IMG/VR virus record: IMGVR_UViG_3300046318_000491
Coordinates: 32,001 to 96,000 of that record
DNA from: a virus
DNA: 64,000 nt
Direction: 5' to 3' (one strand)
Each line of letters begins with the position of its first letter. Within the stretch, counting starts at the first letter, position 1. The notes beneath the pieces were generated by a model. The model ran no database searches. It saw nothing but the letters and a program-made list of their open reading frames with translations, and was not told the origin of the DNA. Positions 11,217 to 22,151 of the stretch are shown here, in pieces. The position numbers and the translations under genes were made by a program.

Positions 11217-14200
11217 TGGCAGTTAAAATTCAAGTACGTCGCGGAACCGCGGCTAACTGGACCTCAACCAACCCTACCCTTTCAGTAGGCGAGCTTGCGT
11301 TTGAGACTGATACCGGCAAGATAAAGGTCGGTACTGGTTCAACAGCATGGACCTCGCTTCCATATGCAGGTATGACCCCAACGGAAGTTGCTGCCGCCAT
11401 TACAGCAGCCGTTGGGAATGTTATCGATCTAGCTCCTGACGCACTGGACACTCTAAACGAGCTTGCTGCAGCAATTAATGATGACCCAGACTTTTTCAAT
11501 ACAATCTCAACTGCCCTGGGAACCAAGCAGGACAAGGTAACTGGCGTATCTGACACTGAAATTGGATATCTAGACGGCGTCACCTCGGCTATTCAGACTC
11601 AGCTAGATGGTAAGCAAGCGATTGTCTCAGGCGTGAGCTCAACCGAGATCGGGTATCTAGACGGTGTTACCTCTGGTATTCAGGGTCAGCTAGATGCCAA
11701 GGCTTCTTCCACTGACCTTTCAAACCACGCCTCCGACACCACAAGCATTCACGGTATTGCAGACACCTCGGCATTGGAGACCCAAACCGGGGCTCAGACC
11801 AAGGCTGATACAGCCGAGCAAAACGCTAAAAACTACGCAGAAGAAGTTGTAGCCAGTTTAATTGATTCAGCGCCAAACGCGTTAAATACTTTAAACGAAA
11901 TTGCTGCAGCAATTAATGATGATGCGTCATTCTTTATGTCTGTGGAGTCACGTGTTCAGGATGCTGAAACAGCTATTACAACTCACAATGCTGAGCTAGT
12001 AAACGTACACGGTATCTCTGATACTCGTGACTTGGTCTACGAGACTCAGATGATCACAGCAATTGGCACCCACAGCGATGACACAACAAACGTTCACGGT
12101 ATCGCTGATACGGCTGACATTGCACTGAAAGATAGTCCAACATTCACCGGCAGCGTGAGCCTCCCAGCTACTACAACAATTGAAACAACTGGCGGCGTTC
12201 TCCAGGTTGGCCCTACCGAGTTCGCCAAACTTAGCGAAATTACTGCAACAGCTACAGAGTTAAATACTCTTGAGGGCATTACAGCATCTACCGCTGAGCT
12301 AAATACACTTGATGGCATCACTGCCAGCACTACCGAGCTGAACACTCTAGATGGTATTACAGCATCTACAGCAGAGCTAAATATCCTTGACGGCGCGACT
12401 GTCACCGCTACAGAGTTAAATACTCTAGAGGGTATTACAGCATCTACATCAGAGTTGAACACTCTAGAGGGTATTACAGCCTCAACCGCTGAGCTAAACC
12501 TCCTCGACGGAGTCACCGCGACCACTGAAGAGTTGAACATCCTAGATGGAGTAACTGCTACTGCTGCAGAGCTAAATACTCTGGATGGTATTACCTCTAC
12601 TACTTCAGACATTAATAAACTTACTGGACTATCTACTTCTACTACAGAACTAGACTATGTTGCTGGAGTAACCTCTCCAATTCAGAATCAACTTGACGAT
12701 AAAGCACCTATTGCTAACCCTACTTTCACGGGTACAGTGGCCGGTGTCTCAAAGTCCATGGTTGGCTTAGGAAGCGTAGACAACACAGCTGACGTAGATA
12801 AGCCAGTTTCAACCGCGACTCAGGTTTTGATTAACCAGAAGGCGGCTCTAAACAGCCCGACCTTTACTGGAACTGTTTCAGGCATTACCAAGTCAATGGT
12901 TGGCCTAGGTAACGTTGACAACACTTCAGATGCAAACAAGTCAATCTCGAGTGCAACTCAGACTGCGCTTGATGCAAAAGCTTCGTCAACTGATTTGTCC
13001 ACTCACGCTTCAGACACCACAAGCGTTCACGGTATTGCCGACACTTCATTGCTTGAAACCACCTCAGGTGCTCAGGACAAGGCAGATGCAGCCGAGACAG
13101 CAGCTAACAGCTTTACAACCTCTGCAATAAACGCGCTTACAACTTCAGACATTGAAGAAGGTACAAACCTCTACTTTACCAATGAGCGTGCTCAGGATGC
13201 AATTGGTAACAACGTAGGCGATGGTCTAGCGTATAACGATGCTACTGGAGTTGTTTCTGTAGCTGCCGGTACTGGTATCCTTACCTCTCTTAGCGGCTTA
13301 GTAGATATAAACACCGCGGTAGTTGCTACTCTCGATGGAGAGCAAACTTTAACCAACAAAACTATTGACACTGCAGACAACGACATCACTGTCGTGGTTG
13401 CAGATGTCTCTGACTTGACGGCATCAGCATCTGAGCTAAACGTGCTTGACGGCATTACAGCTACAACTACCGAGCTTAACTACGTAGACGGTGTTACTGA
13501 CCCAATTCAGACTCAGCTTGATGCTAAGGCATCTCTTGCTGGTGCAACATTTACTGGAACTGTAAACGGTATTACTAAGGCCATGGTTGGTCTAAACAAT
13601 GTGAACAACACAGCGGATGCCAACAAGCCGGTATCTACTGCGACACAGACTGCGCTTGATGCAAAGCTATCACTGACCGGTGGAACTTTAACTGGTGACC
13701 TAACACTTAATGCTGCACCAACATCTGACTTACACGCTGCAACCAAAGCATATGTAGACACTCTTGCAACAGGTCTTCGAGTTAAAGATCCAGTAGTCGT
13801 AGCTACCACTACAAACCTAACTGCTACATATGACAATGGTACTGATGGTCTAGGAGCATTCCTAGAGGGCAGTTCAAACGGTGCTCTAGGTTTAATTGAT
13901 AACTATGCAGTAACTACCAACGACCGAGTATTGGTTCGTTCTCAGACTGATGCCACCGAAAACGGTATCTATTATGTAGACAGCCTAGGCTCTGGCTCGG
14001 CTAAGTGGAAGCTCATCCGTGCATCAGATGCAGATAACAGCCCTTCAGCCGAGGTTGCTGGTGGTAATTTCTGTCTAGTACAATTTGGTGACACCAATTC
14101 TAATGCCGGATTTATCATCTCAACCGTGGGAACAATAACCCTTGGTACTGATGATGTCGTGTTTACTCAGTTCAGTGCCGCTCAGAACATTCTTGCAGGA

Positions 14201-14998
14201 ACCGGAATTGTTAAAGACGGTTCAGAGATTTCAATCGATGCAGCTGTAGTTGCAACTTTAAATGGTTCTACGTTCACCGGAACTACAGTTCTACCAGTTA
14301 CTACCTCTATTGGTGCAGTTACAGGTACAGAGATCTCGTACCTAGAGGGTGTTACATCTTCAGTTCAAGACCAAATTGATACCAAGGCCCCGTCAAACAG
14401 CCCAATCTTTACTGGCGAGGTATATGTACCGCTAACTGCTGGTGTAGTTAAGTCTTCTGCCGGTGGCCTTCTATCTGCAGGAAACATTCAGCCAGCCGAT
14501 GTTGCAGGTACTGCAGTAATTACCACAGACTCTCGACTATCTAACTCTCGTACTCCGAGCGGTTCTGCTGGTGGAGACCTAACTGGTTCTTACCCAAACC
14601 CAACCTTGGCAACCTCAGGCGTAACCGCTGGTTCATACACCAATGCAAACATCACAGTGGACGCAAAGGGTCGAATCACCCTTGCATCTGATGGTGCTGG
14701 TGGCGGTGCAAGTCTTGCCGTATCAGCAACTCCTCCAACCGGGGCAACCGAGGGCGACCTATGGTTTAACAGCGAGGCAGCTGGAATCTATGCATTCTAC
14801 GACGGCTACTGGGTTCTAACCTCTGGTGAAGCTGGTCCTCAGGGCCCAGCTGGTCCTACTGGCCCTGCTGGAGAGGCACTTCCTACAGGAGGAACTACTG
14901 GCCAGTTCTTGACCAAGGCCTCGAACACTAACGGCGACGTTGAGTGGACAACCCTGCCTACTGATACCGATATAATGGTAATCATGGGTGCTTACTAA
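11216..14998 (+). CDS. Long tail fibre with Mtd_N/hyaluronidase-like N-terminal domain
   Basis: N-terminus [36 protein letters not shown]; [31 protein letters not shown] and 13-aa repeats. Confidence 0.8.
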   Translation: MAVKIQVRRGTAANWTSTNPTLSVGELAFETDTGKIKVGTGSTAWTSLPYAGMTPTEVAAAITAAVGNVIDLAPDALDTLNELAAAINDDPDFFNTISTALGTKQDKVTGVSDTEIGYLDGVTSAIQTQLDGKQAIVSGVSSTEIGYLDGVTSGIQGQLDAKASSTDLSNHASDTTSIHGIADTSALETQTGAQTKADTAEQNAKNYAEEVVASLIDSAPNALNTLNEIAAAINDDASFFMSVESRVQDAETAITTHNAELVNVHGISDTRDLVYETQMITAIGTHSDDTTNVHGIADTADIALKDSPTFTGSVSLPATTTIETTGGVLQVGPTEFAKLSEITATATELNTLEGITASTAELNTLDGITASTTELNTLDGITASTAELNILDGATVTATELNTLEGITASTSELNTLEGITASTAELNLLDGVTATTEELNILDGVTATAAELNTLDGITSTTSDINKLTGLSTSTTELDYVAGVTSPIQNQLDDKAPIANPTFTGTVAGVSKSMVGLGSVDNTADVDKPVSTATQVLINQKAALNSPTFTGTVSGITKSMVGLGNVDNTSDANKSISSATQTALDAKASSTDLSTHASDTTSVHGIADTSLLETTSGAQDKADAAETAANSFTTSAINALTTSDIEEGTNLYFTNERAQDAIGNNVGDGLAYNDATGVVSVAAGTGILTSLSGLVDINTAVVATLDGEQTLTNKTIDTADNDITVVVADVSDLTASASELNVLDGITATTTELNYVDGVTDPIQTQLDAKASLAGATFTGTVNGITKAMVGLNNVNNTADANKPVSTATQTALDAKLSLTGGTLTGDLTLNAAPTSDLHAATKAYVDTLATGLRVKDPVVVATTTNLTATYDNGTDGLGAFLEGSSNGALGLIDNYAVTTNDRVLVRSQTDATENGIYYVDSLGSGSAKWKLIRASDADNSPSAEVAGGNFCLVQFGDTNSNAGFIISTVGTITLGTDDVVFTQFSAAQNILAGTGIVKDGSEISIDAAVVATLNGSTFTGTTVLPVTTSIGAVTGTEISYLEGVTSSVQDQIDTKAPSNSPIFTGEVYVPLTAGVVKSSAGGLLSAGNIQPADVAGTAVITTDSRLSNSRTPSGSAGGDLTGSYPNPTLATSGVTAGSYTNANITVDAKGRITLASDGAGGGASLAVSATPPTGATEGDLWFNSEAAGIYAFYDGYWVLTSGEAGPQGPAGPTGPAGEALPTGGTTGQFLTKASNTNGDVEWTTLPTDTDIMVIMGAY
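12242..12670 (+). repeat. Eleven tandem 39-bp (13-aa) repeats, consensus TASTxELNxLDGI
   Basis: Counted in the translation from [13 protein letters not shown] to [13 protein letters not shown]. Confidence 0.85.
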
Positions 14999-15031
14999 CA
15001 GATAACGCACAAAACAAGAAAGTAGTAAATA

Positions 15032-15346
15032 ATGGCTACCACAACTAAAGCCCTAGCGCGAACTGCATTCGCCACAACCGAGGGCGATCTCTATACAGTG
15101 CCTACCACTGGAACTACCACCGTTGTCACCAACGTTGTTGTGGTAAATACCAGCCCTGCACAGCAGACCTTTAACCTTCTTCTAGATGGAGTCGAGCTAT
15201 TTGAGCAGACTCCTATTGCTGGCTACGGTACAATCTCCGTAGATATGAAGCAAGTTCTAGATGCAAACTCAACCGCTAAGAAGATTCGCGGTTTTGCATC
15301 AGCAACATCAGTAAAAGTCCACATTAGCGGAGTAGAGATAGCGTAA
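15032..15346 (+). CDS. Small structural protein
   Basis: LYTVP..TTTVVTN...V.VHISGVEIA pattern; coupled to the next gene (TAATG). Confidence 0.6.
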   Translation: MATTTKALARTAFATTEGDLYTVPTTGTTTVVTNVVVVNTSPAQQTFNLLLDGVELFEQTPIAGYGTISVDMKQVLDANSTAKKIRGFASATSVKVHISGVEIA

Positions 15347-18300
15347 TGAGTATTCAACAGTTCCCAGCGTCAGACGGTCGTTTTAACCCAACCGAGATCC
15401 TGACCGACCCAGTAAATAAACTACGTACCTCAACCGCTCAGGCGCTGATCGATACTGACTTCGAGTACGGTACCCAGCAGTCAAAGTGGGAGAACCTTGG
15501 CGTAACTAACAACCGCCCTTTTGCTGCACCCTCAGCCACTGCAATCCCTAACGTGTCTGCAATTACTATGTCTACCAATGCTCGCATTGTGACAGTTACT
15601 CTGACTACAACTACAGCCACCGTAACCAACGCGCTTTCAGCAACACCTGTTACGGGCTACGTTGAGTACACAACCTCGGCTGCTCACGGCTTTTCAACAG
15701 GTCAGTACGTAACCATCTCTGGGTCATCAGTTTCTGGATACAATGGTACTTTTCTAATCTACTCAACCCCAACTACTACAACTTTTGCAGTTGCCAACTC
15801 AGCCACCGGAATCGAAACTTGGTCGTCAGGTCAGGCAGTTTCCGGTGTTGCTCCGGTGACTGGAACTGCAGTCAACGTACAAGACACTTTCCTTGCGGCA
15901 GCTAACGGTAACTTCTTAATTGAATCAGGTGGTGGTACTGGAAGCTTTACCTACCTAGGTCGTGCCCAGAACAAGACAACTGTTACTGATATTTTGGACC
16001 CAAACAAGACTTCAATTTATGTTGCAAACCTGTACACAAATGCAAAAATTGGAGATGCTCCTACTCTTAGCGTTTCTGGGTCTAATCTAAAAGTCACCGT
16101 AACTACCACCGTCCCTCATGGTCTGTCTATTGGTAACACAATCGCCGTGACTGGTGTAACTGGAACTAATCCGCCAAACGGCTCGTACCGCGTGGCAACA
16201 GTTTCAACGCCCACTACCTTTGTCTACTACGCTGACCCTACCGAAGGCAATCCAGCAAGCTTGACAACAACAAACGCAGCTATCTATGTACGTCCGCAGG
16301 CTCAGTTCTTGCACCGTGCATTTGACGGCGGTGTTCTGTTCTCCGCTAACGCAAGTTCAAACTACGAGGCCGCTATTCGTCAGACTCGTCGTTACTTCCG
16401 CTACCAGTCTGGTAAGGGTCTTCAGATTTCATCTGGAACAATCTTTAAGCCTTACGCAACCATCGACGGTATTACTTCTTCTGGAACCACGGCAACAGTA
16501 ACCACCAAGGAACAGCACAACATTCAGCCAGGCACCTCAATTTTGGTATCAGGTGCGAACGAAACTCCTTATAACGGTGTTTTTACCGTCGCAGAGATCA
16601 CAGGGTTTAATACTTTTACATATGAGATGGAAACATCAGCTGCTGGCCCAGCCACTGGAATTGTAAACCTAAATGTTAACTCATGGTATGGCTCATCTAA
16701 CCGACTAGGCCAGTTTGACGCCCAAAACGGCGTCTTCTGGGAATTTGACGGTCAGGGTCTCTATGCTGTAAAGCGTTCATCTACCCAGCAGCTTTCTGGT
16801 CGATCAACCGTGACTCAAGGCTCTAACGTAGTAACCAGAACTAGCGCGTCTTTCCCTACTTCATACTCAAGTCAGCTAATTCCTGGTGACTATGTAGTAA
16901 TTCGCGGGCAGTCATACAGAGTTACTGCAGTTGATGATATATCAGCCACCCCTAACTTCACTATTTCACCTTCATATCGCGCTGCAAGCGCCTCCCACGT
17001 CAGTATCTCAAAGACTATTGATACCCGCATCCCTCAGTCAGAGTTCAACCTAGACAAGGTCGATGGTACCGGCCCTTCAGGCTACACTGTTGATTTGACC
17101 AAGATGCAGATGTTCTACATTGACTACTCTTGGTACGGTGCTGGCTTTATCCGCTGGGGACTTCGCGGTGAAGATGGCAACGTGTTCTATGTTCACAAGA
17201 TGAAGAACAACAATGTTAACAACGAAGCATACATGCGTTCTGGAAACCTTCCAGCTCGCTATGAATCATCAACCTTGCCTCCAACAACTCGTGTAGACGC
17301 GAGCCTTTCAGACACTGATACTACTATGACAGTTCTGGATACTTCGGCTTTCCCTACAGCTGGAACTCTAGTTATTCGCCCTAGCACCACAGATAACCAG
17401 GCGGGACTACTTCACGAGTACGTGAACTATACCGGCAAGACTGCTACAACTTTTACTGGACTAACTCGTGGAGGCGCTGGAGCAACTAGCGTTGCATCTA
17501 CTTGGACTATTGGTTCAAACACTGGCACTGTTGCAAGTGCTTCTGGACTTCAGATTGGCCAGCGTGTATTCTCTAGTACATCACCTAGCCCAGTACCAGA
17601 CGGTGCTTTTATTACAGGCATTTCTGGAACCGTTATCACCCTAAATACTGCAATTACCGGGTCAAACCCGACTCTAATTTTTGCTCCTATGGGTGCCACG
17701 GCTCAGACATATACTCACGTTGATACTGCACCTACATCAGTAGAGCTGGCGTTCCCTTCATTTGCACCATCTATCTCCCACTGGGGTACTTCGGTAATTA
17801 TGGATGGTCGTTTCGATGATGACGCGTCCCTTATCTTCACCTACGGTCAGACTGGAACAGTGTCAATCCCTGCCAACGCATCGAAGGCGCTATTCTCAAT
17901 CCGTCTAGCTCCTTCAGTAGATAACGGTATTAGTGCTAACTTCGGACAGCGCGAGATCATCAACCGCATGCAGCTAAAGATGAACAGCCTCGGTGTGACC
18001 ACAACCTCAGCATCCACGAATTACCTAGTGCGTGCTTACTTGAATGCAGTACCATCTGCAGGAGTTACTTGGACCACTCCAAACTTCTACGAGACCGGAA
18101 CTGCTAACTCATCGCTAGCTCAGATTGCTGACTACCGCGCTAACGGAAACGTTACTGTCTCTGGTGGTGAAATTACTGGTGGTTTCTTGTCTCAGGGTAC
18201 CGACTCAATTGAATTGAACCGTCTACGCGACCTTGGTAACTGTATTCTTGGCGGTGGAGGTACAACCTCAAACAGTGGCATCTACCCAGACGGCCCAGAC

Positions 18301-18384
18301 ACACTTACCATCGTTGTAACTAACCTATCAACAGCTACCGCGTCATTTAGCGGTCGTCTAGCATGGACAGAGGCACAGGCATAA
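15346..18384 (+). CDS. Large virion structural protein with repeated HG[FL]..G..[VI].[VI].G domains
   Basis: 1012 aa, Thr/Ser/Gly-rich, inside the fibre operon; three such repeats plus RQTRRYFRYQSGKG and IDYSWYGAG. Confidence 0.7.
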   Translation: MSIQQFPASDGRFNPTEILTDPVNKLRTSTAQALIDTDFEYGTQQSKWENLGVTNNRPFAAPSATAIPNVSAITMSTNARIVTVTLTTTTATVTNALSATPVTGYVEYTTSAAHGFSTGQYVTISGSSVSGYNGTFLIYSTPTTTTFAVANSATGIETWSSGQAVSGVAPVTGTAVNVQDTFLAAANGNFLIESGGGTGSFTYLGRAQNKTTVTDILDPNKTSIYVANLYTNAKIGDAPTLSVSGSNLKVTVTTTVPHGLSIGNTIAVTGVTGTNPPNGSYRVATVSTPTTFVYYADPTEGNPASLTTTNAAIYVRPQAQFLHRAFDGGVLFSANASSNYEAAIRQTRRYFRYQSGKGLQISSGTIFKPYATIDGITSSGTTATVTTKEQHNIQPGTSILVSGANETPYNGVFTVAEITGFNTFTYEMETSAAGPATGIVNLNVNSWYGSSNRLGQFDAQNGVFWEFDGQGLYAVKRSSTQQLSGRSTVTQGSNVVTRTSASFPTSYSSQLIPGDYVVIRGQSYRVTAVDDISATPNFTISPSYRAASASHVSISKTIDTRIPQSEFNLDKVDGTGPSGYTVDLTKMQMFYIDYSWYGAGFIRWGLRGEDGNVFYVHKMKNNNVNNEAYMRSGNLPARYESSTLPPTTRVDASLSDTDTTMTVLDTSAFPTAGTLVIRPSTTDNQAGLLHEYVNYTGKTATTFTGLTRGGAGATSVASTWTIGSNTGTVASASGLQIGQRVFSSTSPSPVPDGAFITGISGTVITLNTAITGSNPTLIFAPMGATAQTYTHVDTAPTSVELAFPSFAPSISHWGTSVIMDGRFDDDASLIFTYGQTGTVSIPANASKALFSIRLAPSVDNGISANFGQREIINRMQLKMNSLGVTTTSASTNYLVRAYLNAVPSAGVTWTTPNFYETGTANSSLAQIADYRANGNVTVSGGEITGGFLSQGTDSIELNRLRDLGNCILGGGGTTSNSGIYPDGPDTLTIVVTNLSTATASFSGRLAWTEAQA

Positions 18385-19241
18385 TGGCTATTAATTTTCC
18401 TGCAGAACCAGAAGTAGGAGATGTTTACTCCTATAACAATCGTTCTTGGACATGGTCCGGCGAAGTTTGGACTCCTAACCGCCCGCAGTACACCGCAGAT
18501 CGAGACATCATTTCAGATGCCGATGGGTACCTTGTAGCTGCCACCACCACGTCAACCGAAATTGGTTACGTGGCTGGTGTCACCTCATCTGTGCAGGACC
18601 AGCTCGATGATAAGGCTCCTTTAGCTAGTCCAACACTTACCGGCGCACCTACAGCTCCGACTGCAACTGCAGATCAGACTGATACGCAGATTGCTACTAC
18701 GGCTTTTGTAATTGGCCAGGCTTCCTCATCGACACCAGCTGCTAACGGGACAGCTGCAACTGGAACTTCAAAGAAATATGCTCGTGCAGACCACGTTCAC
18801 GCAACTGACACCACTCTTGCACCTAAGGCAGCTCCTACTTTTACGGGTGTTGTCACAGTGGCTGCTGATGGAATTGCCTTCACTGACGGGACCCAAACTA
18901 AGCAGGGCGTGCCATCTTTAACTACAATCAAGGCAGCGATTACCGCTAATGCAACTACATCTACGCTAAGCAATGCACTAACCTACCGCGACTCTTTAGT
19001 CCCAATAGCGGGAGCCTGGTCGGTTACCATTGATGCGGATACCACTAACTCAATCACTTTCCCGATTGGGACCTCGATTGATTTCTATCAGAGCTCCGGT
19101 ACCGGAGCTAGCTTTGTGCAAGGCGCTGGTGTAACCCTACTTAAAACTCCGGGTCTAAACTTCCGCACTACTTACTCATCTGCTACAATAACCAAGGTTG
19201 CTAACAACACTTGGCTTGTGTACGGCGACTTATCAGCTTAA
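18384..19241 (+). CDS. Short fibre-like structural protein
   Basis: Start moved to ATG 18384 (TAATG overlap). KAPLASPTLTGAPTAPT...TQIATTAFV fibre repeat; C-terminal FPIGT...W.V.GDL domain. Confidence 0.7.
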   Translation: MAINFPAEPEVGDVYSYNNRSWTWSGEVWTPNRPQYTADRDIISDADGYLVAATTTSTEIGYVAGVTSSVQDQLDDKAPLASPTLTGAPTAPTATADQTDTQIATTAFVIGQASSSTPAANGTAATGTSKKYARADHVHATDTTLAPKAAPTFTGVVTVAADGIAFTDGTQTKQGVPSLTTIKAAITANATTSTLSNALTYRDSLVPIAGAWSVTIDADTTNSITFPIGTSIDFYQSSGTGASFVQGAGVTLLKTPGLNFRTTYSSATITKVANNTWLVYGDLSA

Positions 19242-19266
19242 TTTTATTAAGGTAGAATGACATACT

Positions 19267-20628
19267 ATGAGCAAAAGAACTGGTAGACACTCCGCGCAGC
19301 AAAACGACTTTTTGCAGCCTAGTGCCGTAACTATAACTAACGCATATAACGTTGGCACTAACCGCCCGTATCTATTGACTGCCACTGGCACTAATGGTCA
19401 GGGTGGCGCTGTTGCACTAGTATGGACTCTACCGGGAGACTCACCTGCTGCTCTTAGCTATGACATAACATCTAGCCCAGCTACAGTCACAAAAAATACC
19501 ACTAGCCTACCAACAGGTGGATCTCCTTTTATTTTTGAAGGTCTAGCATCTGGTGTTTCATATACCTTTACTGTAATTGCAAAGAATAATGCTGGCAGCT
19601 CTCTGCCGACAACATCAGGATCAGTGGCTGTATCAACAGTTCCCGCAGCTCCAAGTGCCCCTACAGTACGAAGTGTCACAAACGAGCAGATTGACTATGT
19701 AACCATCACAGCTCCTTCAGCTAATGGTGGTTCTAATATTCTTGCAACCGCAGGCTATTCCTGGGAGAGCAATGATGGTAAATCAGGCAACCGTGACGCA
19801 ACTGGAGAATTTGCTGTTGGTCAGGAAGCAAATACATCTCAGCAATATCGAGTTAAAGCTAATAACTCCAACGGATCATCAGATTGGTCTGCCTATTCTG
19901 GTGCCGTAACCACCCCCCCTTACTTTCCTCCATACTTTCCACCTTACTTCCCTCCGTTCTTCCCTTACTTCCCTCCATACTTCCCACCTTACTTCCCACC
20001 GTTCTTCCCTTACTTCCCTCCGTTCTTCCCTTACTTCCCACCGTTCTTCCCGTTCTTCCCGTTCTTCCCACCGTTCTTCCCTTACTTCCCTCCGTTCTTC
20101 CCTTACTTCCCACCGTTCTTCCCGTTCTTCCCACCTCGCTTCGGATGTATTGAAGCAGAGACTTTGATCGAGACAGCCAACGGTCCTGTAGCGGCTAAGG
20201 ACTTGAAGGTAGGAGACACTATCCTCTCAATGTCACTAGAAGAGCTAGGCGCTGAGCAGATGACTCCTATCGAGTTCACTATCGGAGATAGCTTGACTTT
20301 CGGAGCTGAAGGCTTGGTTGACACTACAATCACCGCGATTGTAGAAAGTGTAAAGACTGGAATTGTCTACTTCAACGGCAAGAAGGAGTCTCGCTACTCT
20401 AGCCAGCAGCCAGTGTTTATTAAGTCAAACGGCGAATTCCACGTTCGTATGGCTGGAAACCTAGTAATTGGCGACACTCTAGTTCAGGTAAATGCCGATG
20501 GCACATACCAGGAAGAGATGATTACCGAGACAACCGTGCTACACGGCGAGTTCACCGTCTACCAGTTCACATGTTCCCCGCACCACTGGTTCATTGCTGG
20601 TGGGTATCTAGTCCACAACAAGCTCTAA
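19267..20628 (+). CDS. FN3-domain protein with Pro/Phe/Tyr repeat tract and C-terminal Hint domain
   Basis: FN3 motifs (GLASGVSYTFTVIAKNNAG; YRVKANNSNGSSDWS). Repeat tract at aa 217-292. Hint runs from G|CIEAETLI..ANG...KDLKVGD to VYQF....HHWFIAGGYLVHN, then KL-stop. Confidence 0.9.
   Translation: MSKRTGRHSAQQNDFLQPSAVTITNAYNVGTNRPYLLTATGTNGQGGAVALVWTLPGDSPAALSYDITSSPATVTKNTTSLPTGGSPFIFEGLASGVSYTFTVIAKNNAGSSLPTTSGSVAVSTVPAAPSAPTVRSVTNEQIDYVTITAPSANGGSNILATAGYSWESNDGKSGNRDATGEFAVGQEANTSQQYRVKANNSNGSSDWSAYSGAVTTPPYFPPYFPPYFPPFFPYFPPYFPPYFPPFFPYFPPFFPYFPPFFPFFPFFPPFFPYFPPFFPYFPPFFPFFPPRFGCIEAETLIETANGPVAAKDLKVGDTILSMSLEELGAEQMTPIEFTIGDSLTFGAEGLVDTTITAIVESVKTGIVYFNGKKESRYSSQQPVFIKSNGEFHVRMAGNLVIGDTLVQVNADGTYQEEMITETTVLHGEFTVYQFTCSPHHWFIAGGYLVHNKL
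19915..20142 (+). repeat. 21 tandem (P)PYF/(P)PFF units (76 aa; pyrimidine-rich 9/12-bp DNA repeats)
   Basis: PPYF x5, PPFF x7, PYF x5, PFF x3, PPRF x1, read directly from the translation. Confidence 0.95.
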
Positions 20629-20637
20629 AAATAAAAG

Positions 20638-20667
20638 AATAAGGCCCTACGGGGCCTTATTTTTTTT
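20638..20667 (+). terminator. Intrinsic terminator after the Hint-domain gene
   Basis: AATAAGGCCC-TACG-GGGCCTTATT followed by a T run. Confidence 0.9.
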
Positions 20668-20729
20668 GCCAAATTATACTATTAGTGCTAGACTCATTTA
20701 AGCCAGAGTAAAACCGACATGGGAGAATA

Positions 20730-21482
20730 ATGGATTCCAACCAAGGACAAAATGATTGGTTCACTAAAGACCGATCAGAAACAGCTAGTAATAGATCAGC
20801 TGATCGCCAGCTAGGGCCAATAAAGGTAGCAAATCCAGCCCTCGGCATCAATGTGTATAGCGGAGCCATAACTAAAGAGCAGGGTCAAGCATACATCCAA
20901 ATCTTAGAGTCTAAGCTGAACGGTCAAACCAGATACGAATGGCAGGGCGCACGAGTTACTTCATCTGATGAAGTCGCTCTATACGCCCGTAATGCCTTGG
21001 ACTTTAAAGTTAGTTCTAACAATCTAGGACTTAAAGACGCTGATAACGCGGAGCTTTATGACATTCACGAGCGAATATTTCAAGCGATTCGCCGCTGTGT
21101 AGACGACTACGGACGCATCTGGGGAGTCGGCATTGCGTCCTACGAGTCCTTCAACTTTGTAAAATATGACGGTCCTGGAACCCACTTCAAGATCCATGCT
21201 GACCACGGGCCTACTTACGTATGCACTATCTCAGTTTGCGTATATCTAAATGACGACTACGAAGGCGGGGAAATCCATTTCCCTAGGTTTGATGGCCTAA
21301 CTATTAAGCCAAAGGCCGGAGATATTGTAGTATTCCCCTCGACCTATATCTATGAACATGCATCTTTAGATATGGTTAGTGGCATTAAGTATGCAGTAGT
21401 AGTCATGACTGACTACAATGATCGTGATGGCGTGAACCATCGAGTATCGCCTACAATTCAAGCATACGAGCTTAAGTACTAA
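20730..21482 (+). CDS. 2OG-Fe(II) oxygenase, prolyl-4-hydroxylase-like (1 of 10)
   Basis: HADH, YLNDDYEGGEIHF, PKAGDIVVFPS..YEH, G.KY. Confidence 0.9.
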   Translation: MDSNQGQNDWFTKDRSETASNRSADRQLGPIKVANPALGINVYSGAITKEQGQAYIQILESKLNGQTRYEWQGARVTSSDEVALYARNALDFKVSSNNLGLKDADNAELYDIHERIFQAIRRCVDDYGRIWGVGIASYESFNFVKYDGPGTHFKIHADHGPTYVCTISVCVYLNDDYEGGEIHFPRFDGLTIKPKAGDIVVFPSTYIYEHASLDMVSGIKYAVVVMTDYNDRDGVNHRVSPTIQAYELKY

Positions 21483-21483
21483 A

Positions 21484-22056
21484 TTGAGCAATAACATTAA
21501 GGTCTACGAGAATTTTGTTTCTGCGCAGGAAATAGATTTTCTACTGAGCTTTTTTATTGACTACAGTGATAACTTCGAGCTGATAAATAACTCAGTGAAT
21601 CTACTTGGATTTGGTCAAGACAATTTCCCAGCCTCCTCCCTGTTCAATAATCCTAATAGTTTTTCGGACATTCTTCCTCAGGAAAAAATTAAGTTTATAC
21701 AGGACTACTACAAACGTGTAGAAACTACAGTGGGCTCCGATATTGCTAAAGACATAAGCATGTCAGCACTATGGTTTGTGAAAACTATGGAAGGCGGGTT
21801 TCCGGAGCACGGCGATAATGAACCAGACGCCATCTATCAGTACGAGCAGACATGTATTTTATATCTAAACGACTGCGAGAATGGTGGAGAAATAGTGCTC
21901 CCGGAGTTCGACTACAGCTTTTTACCAAAAGCGGGATCCTTACTATCATTCCCAGCAAATTACGTACATGCAGTTCTACCCGTGTCTCACCCGAGGTATA
22001 CGATGCCTAGCTGGCTTACCGAGAATAAGGCATATTCTTTAGACAATTACGTATAA
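21484..22056 (+). CDS. 2OG-Fe(II) oxygenase (2 of 10)
   Basis: HGD, YLNDCENGGEI, PKAGSLLSFP..YVH.V..V..PRY. Confidence 0.85.
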   Translation: MSNNIKVYENFVSAQEIDFLLSFFIDYSDNFELINNSVNLLGFGQDNFPASSLFNNPNSFSDILPQEKIKFIQDYYKRVETTVGSDIAKDISMSALWFVKTMEGGFPEHGDNEPDAIYQYEQTCILYLNDCENGGEIVLPEFDYSFLPKAGSLLSFPANYVHAVLPVSHPRYTMPSWLTENKAYSLDNYV

Positions 22057-22151
22057 ATACCAGGTATTTAGTGAATAATTTTTAGTTTTAGTGTAGAGTT
22101 AAGCCATAAATAGGTTTAACCTATAGCTGACCATAGCGATAGAAGGAACAT

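Noticed and set aside
8452-13836. Antisense ORFs in the fibre genes (e.g. 8452..8730, 12094..12612, 13513..13836)
   Set aside because: Shadow frames of repetitive, codon-biased genes, with no independent motifs or start signals.
19859-20153. Alternative-frame and antisense ORFs over the PPYF tract (LPSVLP and GRTVGSK repeats)
   Set aside because: These are by-products of a stop-free repeat. Third-position variation fits the PPYF frame, which is continuous with the FN3 and Hint domains.
20146-20628. Hint domain as a mobile intein
   Set aside because: No homing endonuclease, no Cys/Ser/Thr at +1, only two residues follow Asn, and it does not interrupt a conserved enzyme.
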